A stretch of 41,517 nucleotides of DNA from a virus (lineage: Duplodnaviria; Caudoviricetes): IMG/VR virus record IMGVR_UViG_3300033417_000026, positions 1-41,517 of that record; one strand, written 5' to 3'. Within the stretch, counting starts at the first letter, position 1, and each line of letters begins with the position of its first letter. Of this stretch, positions 17,667 through 25,945 are shown in pieces. Under the pieces are notes generated by a model. The model ran no database searches. It saw only the letters and a program-made list of their open reading frames with translations, and was not told where the DNA came from. The position numbers and the translations under genes are program-made.

Positions 17667-17973
17667 TCGCTTTGAAATTGATCTCCTTTCCGTTAACTAC
17701 AATGTTAAAGTTCGGCGCCGTGTATAGTGGCTTCCCGTCAAGCCCGGACACCTCTGCTCTGGCAAGTTTGGGTTTGAAAAACTCCAGAAGTTTGCCGAAA
17801 TGTGTGAGAAATTCTTGGCCCTCCATTCCCTCTAAAATGGCATTGGCCTTGTCTGTGTGCCGACCGATAATAGCTTTCTGCATTTGCTCCCATGCTTTCC
17901 GCTTCGCGCCCGCCTTTTTTGATCCACCATTCGGGTTTCCAGATTGACCCGGTTTCCATAATTTCTGTGCCAT
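17608..17973 (-). CDS. terS: Terminase small subunit
   Basis: N-terminal WKPGQSGNPNG motif and C-terminal EVSGLDGKPL; overlaps terL. Confidence 0.8.
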   Translation of the reverse strand: MAQKLWKPGQSGNPNGGSKKAGAKRKAWEQMQKAIIGRHTDKANAILEGMEGQEFLTHFGKLLEFFKPKLARAEVSGLDGKPLYTAPNFNIVVNGKEINFKANGSAQKADRVPKDGKRKPG

Positions 17974-17999
17974 GCTAATTATCTGCCTTGCAATTATCC

Positions 18000-18143
18000 C
18001 TATTCCTTTGATAATAAACCACTTTTAATGCTCTCCTCTTGAAACTTGATCCACTTCTTTAGCTCTTTTAACGCCGATAACTTCTGTTTGGGTTCCAGCG
18101 TCTTAAAAGTAGGTCTGATTTGAATTACGTCAAGGTAGTCCAT
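18000..18143 (-). CDS. Small hypothetical protein (47 aa)
   Basis: MDYLDVIQIRPTFK...; fills the gap before terS and is below the ORF track cutoff. Confidence 0.45.
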   Translation of the reverse strand: MDYLDVIQIRPTFKTLEPKQKLSALKELKKWIKFQEESIKSGLLSKE

Positions 18144-18396
18144 TTTTTATTTGATTTGTTTGAATGGTTTGACTTAACTTGTCTTTTAACTTGTTGAGCC
18201 TCAATAAATAAGGCAGATTTGCCAACCTGTCGTTATAGTCCCGGACAAAATCTAAATGGCTCTCCACAAACTTAGGAACGTCTGTTATTAACTCGTTTTC
18301 CAATTTCACCGGCCCTGTCAGGTCGCAGCTCTTGAAAAAGAACTCAAGTTCGGAAACTCTCCGATCCCATCTCGCTCTGTAACCTTCGTCTTTCAT
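18130..18396 (-). CDS. Hypothetical protein (resembles Bacteroidota DUF6965-type small proteins)
   Basis: ATG 18396 in an ATGA overlap; ITDVPKFVESH...PYLLRL pattern. Confidence 0.5.
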   Translation of the reverse strand: MKDEGYRARWDRRVSELEFFFKSCDLTGPVKLENELITDVPKFVESHLDFVRDYNDRLANLPYLLRLNKLKDKLSQTIQTNQIKNGLP

Positions 18397-19220
18397 AGCG
18401 ATATTGGCACACAGTCGGCCCACAAGGCCCCGGCGTGGAGTTTGATCTTCTCTGCGTCAAAGATAATACTTCCTAACAAATCTATTTTCTCTGATAAATT
18501 ACTCATTCTCTTTATTCGATGGTTTGGCCGGTTCTTTCCGTAAAAGCCGGCATGATAACACAACGGCTCCTTAGGGAAAAGGTTCATCATTCCCGTTGAC
18601 CAGCCGATTCGCCTGATTAACCCGTCCTGTTCACAGAAGTTGTCATTTAACGGAGTGTCGAACTTGCTCATATACCCTTTTGGATCATTGTAATACGATC
18701 TGTTTACGTGAGGCAAAATTAGGTTTGTTAGAACATCTGCTGTAAACGAAACTCCTATACTTTGATAATGACTCGCCGTAATAAGGAAGGCGTTCCCGGA
18801 AAAGTCGCTCCGCATATCCTCGTTTGGGTTATGATCCACCGAGGCTATCCGGCAAAACGTTAACATTTCACAGTAAGCGGCGTGCCACTTAAAATACTGT
18901 TTGTGGATCATTACGTCCTCCTCAATTAACGTTACCCTTTGCGAGTGCATCTCGCCTAACTTGGCCCCGATCCTGTACGCCTCTAAGATATTCCGTGACT
19001 GCTTCGCCAACGGACTTGCCTGGATTCTGGTATCTGGTCTTAAAATTTCACCGTGAAAGTCTTCCAGAAAACTATTCGCCATCTTTAGCCCGTCCGCGAA
19101 AGCTCCAATATCAGCGGCGAAAATGTAGTAATTCTCCTTTGCCTCGTCTGCTTTTTTGATCTGCCATAAGCACCAATAAAGCATTTCCGGTCTGCGGTAA
19201 ATTGGGATAATTACAATCAT
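18393..19220 (-). CDS. GT-A fold glycosyltransferase
   Basis: N-terminal IVIIPIYRRPEML and a DxD-equivalent TLIEEDV. Confidence 0.75.
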   Translation of the reverse strand: MIVIIPIYRRPEMLYWCLWQIKKADEAKENYYIFAADIGAFADGLKMANSFLEDFHGEILRPDTRIQASPLAKQSRNILEAYRIGAKLGEMHSQRVTLIEEDVMIHKQYFKWHAAYCEMLTFCRIASVDHNPNEDMRSDFSGNAFLITASHYQSIGVSFTADVLTNLILPHVNRSYYNDPKGYMSKFDTPLNDNFCEQDGLIRRIGWSTGMMNLFPKEPLCYHAGFYGKNRPNHRIKRMSNLSEKIDLLGSIIFDAEKIKLHAGALWADCVPISL

Positions 19221-19909
19221 TTGTAAAGTGTTGGAATATCTTTATTACAAGAAAAATGCCACGTGTCTGCTACGTTGTATCTTTGTTTTAATCTATATCC
19301 GATTCTTTCAAGAGTCATTTTTAACTGCCTCCAAGTTGGTAGGTGCATACACTCGACAAAAATCTCTGGCTTATCTCTTTTGAAAACCTTCATTCCTCCC
19401 TTAATTACCTCAAGCTCGTGGCCCTCGACGTCGATCTTAACCAAAGATAATGAAATTTCTTCAAAATAATGGTCTATTGTTGTAACTAATATTACCCCCT
19501 GATTTGTTGAAATTGTAGTCCCTCCTGTTGAAACCTGATCCCCAAGTGGGGGTATGTTAACCAAGCACTTCCCCCGTTCTGATCCCATTGCCATTGGCTC
19601 TAAGGTTGTGTTCGTTACGCCGTTTAAGTCCATATTTTTTTTGTACCATTGCCGGTTTTCCTCTGTTGGATCAAAAGCAAAAATCCTTTCAGCAGGGCAA
19701 TACTTACCAAAAAATACCGAGTGATGACCGTTATGGCAACCTATATCGGCGTAATTGCCTGAAATATTTAATCGTTCAATGGCATCCAGCATCCAATGTT
19801 CATAGAAAGCTCCGTATCTTATTTCCTCGCTTGCAAGGTGGTGATCGTTACAATAAAGGCTAACCCCCTTATTTAACCGGACAAAGTGTATTAAAGCGTA
19901 TGGCCGCAT
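19217..19909 (-). CDS. FkbM-family SAM-dependent methyltransferase
   Basis: DIGCHNGHHS, FAFDP and LVKIDVEGHELEVIKG motifs. Confidence 0.92.
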   Translation of the reverse strand: MRPYALIHFVRLNKGVSLYCNDHHLASEEIRYGAFYEHWMLDAIERLNISGNYADIGCHNGHHSVFFGKYCPAERIFAFDPTEENRQWYKKNMDLNGVTNTTLEPMAMGSERGKCLVNIPPLGDQVSTGGTTISTNQGVILVTTIDHYFEEISLSLVKIDVEGHELEVIKGGMKVFKRDKPEIFVECMHLPTWRQLKMTLERIGYRLKQRYNVADTWHFSCNKDIPTLYK

Positions 19910-19913
19910 GGTT

Positions 19914-20804
19914 CTATATTAACTCTTTTTTTAGCCTGGTTTCAAAATCGGTCTTATCTCTTAAAAAAGCCGCCCGCGCCGCCGGGCCCGTGTCTAATTT
20001 CTTCGCGGCCAATACCGCCTTACTTATATCCTCTGATCTAACTTCAAACTTGTTAGATAATCCCATAGACTCGCCGATGTGCCCCCTTACTCTTAATCCT
20101 GTTGCGTCTGTTATTAGTTCGCTCATGGGCGCGTAATCAGACGTAATTATAACAGCCCCGACACTTCGGGCTTCGTTTATGTAATGCCCGAATCCCTCTG
20201 CTTCCGAAGGGCAAATATGAAACTTGTGGGAGTTCTGTAAAGCTCTTAATTCCTCATCTGCTAAATACTCGTAAATATACGTAATGTTTTTTGATTCCAC
20301 AAGCGACCTGTAATCCGCTCTCCCATGACTGACAATCGTCAAAGGCTCTGAATAATTGAACGCATCAATAACCGCCTCTGTGTTTTTTTGTCTTGACTTC
20401 CCGATCAAATGGAGCCACTTCTCATCCTTATCCTGTTCGGCTATATGTCTATCCTGCGAAGTGAATCCCGTGTAGATAGTATTAAATCTTAGCCCGGAAA
20501 AGATATTAAACGCGTGCAATGACTTCGCTAATATAGTAAATCTTTTGTTGTACTTTAACCAATAAGAATAAGTCCATTCCGGGTTCGGGAACCAATAATT
20601 TTTCTTGAATAAATGCCACCAACTGATTTTAGGAATTTCAAAGTGTATTCCAATATCGCACCTTTTAGGAAGGTTGTGGTAAACAACAAAATCTTTATTT
20701 AACGCGGCGTGAACTACGTCGGCGTCAGTCTTTAGTCCCACTCCGTTATTTGGGTAAAGTAAATTGACGCTTGGATAAATCAAATTAACTGTTTTTGTTG
20801 GCAT
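19914..20804 (-). CDS. GT-B (GT4 / group 1) glycosyltransferase
   Basis: CPSEAEGFGHYINEARSVG (EX7E motif), and GKSRQKNT. Confidence 0.9.
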   Translation of the reverse strand: MPTKTVNLIYPSVNLLYPNNGVGLKTDADVVHAALNKDFVVYHNLPKRCDIGIHFEIPKISWWHLFKKNYWFPNPEWTYSYWLKYNKRFTILAKSLHAFNIFSGLRFNTIYTGFTSQDRHIAEQDKDEKWLHLIGKSRQKNTEAVIDAFNYSEPLTIVSHGRADYRSLVESKNITYIYEYLADEELRALQNSHKFHICPSEAEGFGHYINEARSVGAVIITSDYAPMSELITDATGLRVRGHIGESMGLSNKFEVRSEDISKAVLAAKKLDTGPAARAAFLRDKTDFETRLKKELI

Positions 20805-21129
20805 TATCAAATCTTTGAATTGTTCTGATTAAATACTCAAGACTATCGGATCGTAAACTGTAAAAAACTTCCCGCCCGTGCTTTTGCCCGTGCACCCATC
20901 TTAACGCCCGAAGCCTTTTGAGGATATGGCTCATTACCGTTTTATTTATCCCTAATATTCCGGCCAACTCCCCCGGCGTCACGGGTTGGCGCATCGAAAT
21001 AAGGTGCATCGTGTCCGCGACGTGCCTCTTTTGTCCTTCTGATAGCTCTTTCAGCACCCCCGGCGTGCGGGCGAATAGGGCGTGGTAGTTATCGGATAGT
21101 GTGTCGGAGTGGTTCATTGTTAACTCCAA
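20785..21129 (-). CDS. ArsR-like winged helix-turn-helix protein
   Basis: TPGELAGILGINKTVMSHILKRLR...GREVFYSL. The start may be 21117. Confidence 0.8.
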   Translation of the reverse strand: MELTMNHSDTLSDNYHALFARTPGVLKELSEGQKRHVADTMHLISMRQPVTPGELAGILGINKTVMSHILKRLRALRWVHGQKHGREVFYSLRSDSLEYLIRTIQRFDNANKNS

Positions 21130-21593
21130 GTCCGGTGTTTTTCTGCAATATGCTCATAGCCGTCATACTCTGAAATTTCATAATCCGTGCCGTCGGGTAT
21201 GTCGACGATCTTTAGCTTGGCAAAAGCGCCGTTTGCATCTTCGCCGAGTTCTTCAACAACCTGTATTAAAAGATTGTCGGCCCTGTTATCTGGTTTATCT
21301 GATAAATAAATTTCCTTATACCGCTTATTATAGGCGGCCTTTTCTGCTTTGCTCATTTCGTGCCAATTTTCCGAGTTTAGCATCTCGTTTAGTTTGTCGG
21401 GATTGCCGACGGTAAAGGCAAACCAAAGACATAAGCGCTCATTTATATCCGTTTCCTCAATCTTCACGTAAGCCGTATTTAACCCTCCCTTACTGTAAAA
21501 GTAACATTCTTTTCCTTGAAGTTCTGCCAATCTTTTTACGGCTTTTCGCGACAATGAAAATCCGCCGTAACAAGTGTTTATTACTACTTTCAT
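21120..21593 (-). CDS. Conserved phage hypothetical protein
   Basis: Widespread phage family pattern MKVVINxCYGGFSLS...LIQVVEELG...ISEYDGYEHIAEKHRTW. Confidence 0.8.
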   Translation of the reverse strand: MKVVINTCYGGFSLSRKAVKRLAELQGKECYFYSKGGLNTAYVKIEETDINERLCLWFAFTVGNPDKLNEMLNSENWHEMSKAEKAAYNKRYKEIYLSDKPDNRADNLLIQVVEELGEDANGAFAKLKIVDIPDGTDYEISEYDGYEHIAEKHRTWS

Positions 21594-21629
21594 TTTTGTT
21601 GGTTTTTATTTGATTTCCTGCGATATGGT

Positions 21630-21797
21630 TCATGTGTACTCAATGACAACGGCTGCCTGCGTAACGAAGCTAACGGTAATTATTTCCTCCCGAACCGTGT
21701 AAACGAACATGTAGTCCTCGAACTCCCCTTGCTGAATGAATACGTCCAAGCCCTGATCCTGCTCTTGCAGAATCTCAATCATTTGTTTAACTGTCAT
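21630..21797 (-). CDS. Small phage protein (55 aa, MTVKQMIEIL...)
   Basis: Read manually; A-rich start context; common phage N-terminal pattern. Confidence 0.6.
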   Translation of the reverse strand: MTVKQMIEILQEQDQGLDVFIQQGEFEDYMFVYTVREEIITVSFVTQAAVVIEYT

Positions 21798-22035
21798 GGT
21801 TTTCGTTTTGATCTTGTTTTAATTGAAATATAGGATCATTCATCTTTGCTTGTTCCCAAAGCTCCATCAGTTCGCCTGCCATTTCCTCGCCCCCTTTAGT
21901 TGCCGTATGTATTTCATTCATCGCATATTTTGTCGCTTCGGCTTTTACTATCAAGTTGGCCGTTGGGTCTTCTAACGCCCGCTTTGCGGCATCAAATGCG
22001 GCTAAGGCTCTTTGTATTGTTATTATATCAATCAT
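21787..22035 (-). CDS. Hypothetical protein
   Basis: ORF track; A-rich start context. Confidence 0.6.
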   Translation of the reverse strand: MIDIITIQRALAAFDAAKRALEDPTANLIVKAEATKYAMNEIHTATKGGEEMAGELMELWEQAKMNDPIFQLKQDQNENHDS

Positions 22036-22234
22036 GGTTTTGTTTTAATTCTGATTCGCAAATATCGTCAATTCCCTCCAAATGCCCGTCTATTACGATC
22101 CACGTTGCTTCCCATGTTCGCCCGTCCTCCGACACGCCCTCGGCAAAATAATGCACCTCGTGGTCGTGGGATTCGACGTACGGGCCTTTTGTCCAATTAA
22201 TTTCAGGGTGCGTGTTTGTTTTGGGGGTTGTCAT
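22028..22234 (-). CDS. Hypothetical protein
   Basis: ORF track; fits operon packing. Confidence 0.6.
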   Translation of the reverse strand: MTTPKTNTHPEINWTKGPYVESHDHEVHYFAEGVSEDGRTWEATWIVIDGHLEGIDDICESELKQNHD

Positions 22235-22244
22235 TTTGTTGGGT

Positions 22245-22589
22245 TTAGTGTTTTGCTAATTCCTTCCTGATCCGCTTAGCCGCACCTTCGGGGGTGTTGT
22301 CAATTCTGGCCCAATGCGACCCAAATATCATGTCCCATAGGTCGCCTTCCCTAGCTGCAAAGGCCCGGTTAGCGTATTCAGGCCACGTTTCTGTTTCATA
22401 TTTTTCCACTCCCGCATAAGGCCCGTGCCCGATTGCACAACCAACACTCCCGCAATCCGTCCACGCCTCGCTATTCGCTTTTTCGTTGGCTGCTTGGACG
22501 AAAAACTCCATATCAAATTCCGCTTTGTGGTTTCCGCTCTCTAAATAGATAGCCAGCTTTTCTAAATTTTCTTTTTGAAAAGTGTTCAT
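22245..22589 (-). CDS. Hypothetical protein, paralogue 2 (CGSVGCAIGH motif)
   Basis: Clearly similar to 22601..22936. Confidence 0.8.
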   Translation of the reverse strand: MNTFQKENLEKLAIYLESGNHKAEFDMEFFVQAANEKANSEAWTDCGSVGCAIGHGPYAGVEKYETETWPEYANRAFAAREGDLWDMIFGSHWARIDNTPEGAAKRIRKELAKH

Positions 22590-22600
22590 GATTTTCGTTT

Positions 22601-22936
22601 TTAATGTTTTGCTAATTCTGCTCTGATACGCTTCGCGGCGCCTTCGGGGGTGTTGTCAATTGCTTCCCATTGTGAGCCGAATAACTGCTTAAATTCGTTT
22701 GTTCCCCACTCCATGCCAAAGGCGTTATAGCTATACTGTATCCAACTCTCTTGCAATGGTTTTGGTATCCCTGCATACGGCCCGTGTCCAAGCGCGCATC
22801 CAACTGTGCCACAATCATTGATACCGTCGCACTTTGAGGTGTCATATATAATTGCCATATCAAATTTGGCTTTCAGGTTTCCGCTCTCTAAATAGTCTGC
22901 TAACTTTAGCAGGTTCTCTTTTTGTTCCTGTGTCAT
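22601..22936 (-). CDS. Hypothetical protein, paralogue 1 (CGTVGCALGH motif)
   Basis: Clearly similar to 22245..22589. Confidence 0.8.
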   Translation of the reverse strand: MTQEQKENLLKLADYLESGNLKAKFDMAIIYDTSKCDGINDCGTVGCALGHGPYAGIPKPLQESWIQYSYNAFGMEWGTNEFKQLFGSQWEAIDNTPEGAAKRIRAELAKH

Positions 22937-23058
22937 GTCTTGCGTTTTTTCCTGCGTTTACGTTTGGTTCGGTTCGTCTGTGTATGTTTAGAGATCGCGC
23001 TCCACGCCTTCGCCCGGAATGAGCGCCTGAAGGTTACGCGTTGGTCGGCATTGTACAT
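22933..23058 (-). CDS. Arg/Lys-rich 41-aa peptide
   Basis: MYNADQRVTFRRSFRAKAWSAISKHTQTNRTKRKRRKKRKT. Starts right after the upstream TAA and ends in an ATGA overlap. Confidence 0.6.
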   Translation of the reverse strand: MYNADQRVTFRRSFRAKAWSAISKHTQTNRTKRKRRKKRKT

Positions 23059-23454
23059 TTAATTTCTGATTAAATGAATTATCGTTTCCACAGCCCGGCG
23101 AAAGTCTAAATCTCCATTATACATCATGGCCAAACCAATCGGGATCAAAACATACACTACCGAGCAGGTTATGGTGCTACTTAATACCAATATTATGCCG
23201 TGTATTATTTCAGATCGAGCCATTATCTTTTCCATGATATATTTGTCCTTCACCCAATCGCTTGTAAATTGTACTATCGCGAACAATGGGAACCCTAACA
23301 TTAAATGCATCCCCGCGAACAACAAATATACCCATGCTCCAATTATTGCCATGACCCTTAGTGTCTGAGTTAAATCAATTATTAGAATTACGGCCAAGCC
23401 CGCTATAAACCCAACCACCAAACCCCTGACTATTATTTTATCTGTTTTTGTCAT
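23059..23454 (-). CDS. Multi-pass membrane protein
   Basis: 3-4 hydrophobic segments; likely start MTKTDK at 23454. Confidence 0.65.
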   Translation of the reverse strand: MTKTDKIIVRGLVVGFIAGLAVILIIDLTQTLRVMAIIGAWVYLLFAGMHLMLGFPLFAIVQFTSDWVKDKYIMEKIMARSEIIHGIILVLSSTITCSVVYVLIPIGLAMMYNGDLDFRRAVETIIHLIRN

Positions 23455-23500
23455 TATGCGTAGTTCATGGTTTAGCGCGTTAAGTGAGTTAGACCGATGC

Positions 23501-23623
23501 CTATTCAAAAAACTTCCTAACGATCTGGAATAATATCACCGCGCCGGCGAACCAAAGCGCCGCCTTCGCGAACCCGTCAGATAAGCGGTCGAATAAAGGG
23601 CGCCGGTTGTTTGCTATTTTCAT
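23501..23623 (-). CDS. Small single-TM protein (40 aa)
   Basis: MKIANNRRPLFDRLSDGFAKAALWFAGAVILFQIVRKFFE, read manually. Confidence 0.5.
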   Translation of the reverse strand: MKIANNRRPLFDRLSDGFAKAALWFAGAVILFQIVRKFFE

Positions 23624-23648
23624 GGGATTGGATTAAAATGATTTATAA

Positions 23649-23759
23649 TTACTTCCTCCCTCTATTTATCCTCTCAACTATCCACGTAAACGCCACGTCG
23701 CGAAGATACGCCGCGACCAAAACGATTGCTATGAATAATATGATTTTAAGAATTAGCAT
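23649..23759 (-). CDS. Small single-TM protein (36 aa)
   Basis: MLILKIILFIAIVLVAAYLRDVAFTWIVERINRGRK, read manually. Confidence 0.5.
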   Translation of the reverse strand: MLILKIILFIAIVLVAAYLRDVAFTWIVERINRGRK

Positions 23760-24009
23760 AATCCGTTCGTCTTGAAAACCCCTCGCCCTGATCGACCGCT
23801 TTAATTTCAATTCTTAAATCTAACGCCTCAATCCATTTTATTAAAGTGTCTAATGACGGGCGTGCCGCGCGCTCCGGGTGCGCCGATCCATTTTCTACCA
23901 TATTAATCATATTCCGCGTAACCCCTACCCTTTTAGCAACTTCGTGCTGTGTCAACTTTAACGACTTCCTTCGGTCAGTTAAAATCGAAGCTAATGTTTC
24001 AAGTTTCAT
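23746..24009 (-). CDS. XRE-family helix-turn-helix regulator
   Basis: RRKSLKLTQHEVAKRVGVTRNMINMVENG...PSLDTLIK. Confidence 0.9.
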   Translation of the reverse strand: MKLETLASILTDRRKSLKLTQHEVAKRVGVTRNMINMVENGSAHPERAARPSLDTLIKWIEALDLRIEIKAVDQGEGFSRRTDYANS

Positions 24010-24379
24010 ATCCCTTTAGTTTTTTCTGGTACAATTTAATTAAAATTCCAATCATTCCCCTATCGAATTTGTTGAAAGATTTCATTTCCAAATCCTGCAA
24101 AATATTAATCCCGAACTTCTCCACGAGGTTCCCGGCAAATGCCGGTTTGTTCCCTTCGCTGAAAATATTACAAGCTACACATTGAACCTGACAGTTGATC
24201 TCATCCCACCGGGTTGCTAATTTAACCCGCGACTGATAGTGCCCGCATTGCATCTCTTTCCATTTTGCTATCTTTCCGCACGTGAAACACTTTACATACC
24301 CCTCACTATCCGCGTGCCGACGGCGGATGAATATACTGAACAAATCGTCCAGCTTCTTTTTGTCTTTTGCGTAGCTCAT
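23999..24379 (-). CDS. ninG: NinG/Rap-like HNH endonuclease (resolvase)
   Basis: LDDLFSIFIRRR, CFTCG, QCGHYQSR, TRWDEINCQVQCVACN. Confidence 0.85.
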   Translation of the reverse strand: MSYAKDKKKLDDLFSIFIRRRHADSEGYVKCFTCGKIAKWKEMQCGHYQSRVKLATRWDEINCQVQCVACNIFSEGNKPAFAGNLVEKFGINILQDLEMKSFNKFDRGMIGILIKLYQKKLKGYET

Positions 24380-24567
24380 TTTTTCCCAACAAACACGCCT
24401 ATCGAAAATGGATTAAAAGCAACGTCTATTTTCACAACCCCGTGCCCCTCCATGAGCGCGTGTAATTTTTCAAGAAAATCAATCTTGTCGGATTCCTGAA
24501 GCCCGACAACTTCGCTGTTTAGATTAACGTGTATTGTGCCTGCTAATCCTGCCTGGTTGATCTCCAT
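24376..24567 (-). CDS. Hypothetical protein
   Basis: ORF track; ATGA coupling. Confidence 0.55.
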   Translation of the reverse strand: MEINQAGLAGTIHVNLNSEVVGLQESDKIDFLEKLHALMEGHGVVKIDVAFNPFSIGVFVGKK

Positions 24568-24568
24568 T

Positions 24569-24976
24569 TCAAATGAATTTAATTATTTCGCCTTCCAATC
24601 CCTCTTTGTCATATCCAAAGTCCTTTATTAATTCATCCAGAACTCTGGAATACAATGTACCAAATTCCGCATCGTCCAGCGCTTCGTACCCGATAGATAG
24701 CGGAATATAAGCCATGCCCTTTTTTGTTTTTACGGGATCGTAATACCCCGCTCTCATTTGATATATCTTCCTGAAACTATCAATGTCGTTGAATTGATCC
24801 TGATTTTCAAAACAGACTTTAATCATAGCGAAATACTTCCGGTGCAATTTGGGATTCCGGGGCCGTTTTGTTACAAAAAGTATCTGCTCCATTTCGGGCA
24901 ACTTGTTTACTTGCTCCTGATCCGCATCGCCGTAAGGCTGCAAACTCCGATCCGATTTTATTAGCCAGATTTTCAA
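24569..24976 (-). CDS. DUF1367 / NinB-like recombination-associated protein
   Basis: RPRNPKLHRKYFAM and PLSIGYEALDDAEFGTLY match the DUF1367 pattern. Confidence 0.8.
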   Translation of the reverse strand: MKIWLIKSDRSLQPYGDADQEQVNKLPEMEQILFVTKRPRNPKLHRKYFAMIKVCFENQDQFNDIDSFRKIYQMRAGYYDPVKTKKGMAYIPLSIGYEALDDAEFGTLYSRVLDELIKDFGYDKEGLEGEIIKFI

Positions 24977-25458
24977 AATGGTAGATCGTCATCGGGTTCC
25001 GGTGCGTCAACTTTTGCGTTACGTGGTGGCTCAACGGGCACCTTTGAAATTTGCTCCGGTCCTGAATTATTTGCCTTCGCCGCGTTAAGCATCATTCCGA
25101 AAATAAGTGTAAACTTTCCTCCGAGCGAGTCTATCGGTATCTTCCCGGCGCAACACAGTTGCGTAGCGTAACCCATCGCCATACCCGCGAACTTCTGTTC
25201 AACGGGTTCGGCAACCCACCCCTTTTTAGCCTCGAAATCTGCCGGTTTGATCTTAAAATACTTCGTTCCTTTTTTCCCGGTCAGTTCCTCTTTAGTATAA
25301 TTCGCCTCCTTTCCTTCGACAAATTTTGTCTGATCTCTAAATTTTGAGTTGTAGAACCCCTCATCTCCGTTGTCGAAGGTTACGAAAAAACTATATAATT
25401 TCCCGTATTGCCCTTCAAATTCGGACTTAAAAACTGCCTTTGTTACTTTGCTTGTCAT
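24973..25458 (-). CDS. Single-stranded DNA-binding protein (OB-fold like)
   Basis: Beta-rich N-terminus and acidic SSB-type tail PDDDLPF, in the recombination cluster. Confidence 0.7.
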   Translation of the reverse strand: MTSKVTKAVFKSEFEGQYGKLYSFFVTFDNGDEGFYNSKFRDQTKFVEGKEANYTKEELTGKKGTKYFKIKPADFEAKKGWVAEPVEQKFAGMAMGYATQLCCAGKIPIDSLGGKFTLIFGMMLNAAKANNSGPEQISKVPVEPPRNAKVDAPEPDDDLPF

Positions 25459-25476
25459 GGTTTGTTTGGTTTTATC

Positions 25477-25731
25477 TTAGTTTTTTTGTACATCTTCCTT
25501 TTTTCGCTTCTCGTCTAATTCTTTTTGTAGCATATTCCTAAGTTCACGCATCGCCATGCCAATCGCATCTTTTTCAAATTCCTTAATTATCTCCTGCAGC
25601 TCCTTCTCCATCGCCTCATCATATTCATCCTGTGTTCCTGAAAATGGTCTTATGGCCCTGCTCATAGCTTTTAATAATAAAAGCCCCTCCATCGTTGGAT
25701 ATATATCCTTTACGTTTTTAATTGTTTTCAT
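25477..25731 (-). CDS. Hypothetical protein
   Basis: ORF track. Confidence 0.6.
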   Translation of the reverse strand: MKTIKNVKDIYPTMEGLLLLKAMSRAIRPFSGTQDEYDEAMEKELQEIIKEFEKDAIGMAMRELRNMLQKELDEKRKKEDVQKN

Positions 25732-25735
25732 TGTT

Positions 25736-25945
25736 TTACGTTTTAGTTAATTTATAAGATGCAAAATACTTCCTTCCTCTCCTTACATTGTGTGTTTCTA
25801 TTACATACCCCTTTTCCCGAAGCATGAATATCCGTGCGCTTAATCTGAAACATCCCCATTGGTGCAGCGCGTACATCGGGGTAAGTGTCCTGCCTGATTT
25901 TAAGAATTTCAAAATCTTTTGCTCTTGGCTTAATAAAGATACCAT
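25736..25945 (-). CDS. Small winged-HTH phage protein (HTH_39-like)
   Basis: ILKFLKSGRTLTPMYAL...GCFRLSARIFMLREKGY. Confidence 0.8.
   Translation of the reverse strand: MVSLLSQEQKILKFLKSGRTLTPMYALHQWGCFRLSARIFMLREKGYVIETHNVRRGRKYFASYKLTKT

Noticed and set aside
1045-20136. Many plus-strand ORFs in the track opposite the structural genes
   Set aside because: Antisense shadows of well-supported minus-strand genes, with no motifs or start context.
24276-24289. Second parS-like sequence (CCGCACGTGAAACA)
   Set aside because: Only one arm matches, and it lies in the coding CFTCG motif of the NinG-like gene.
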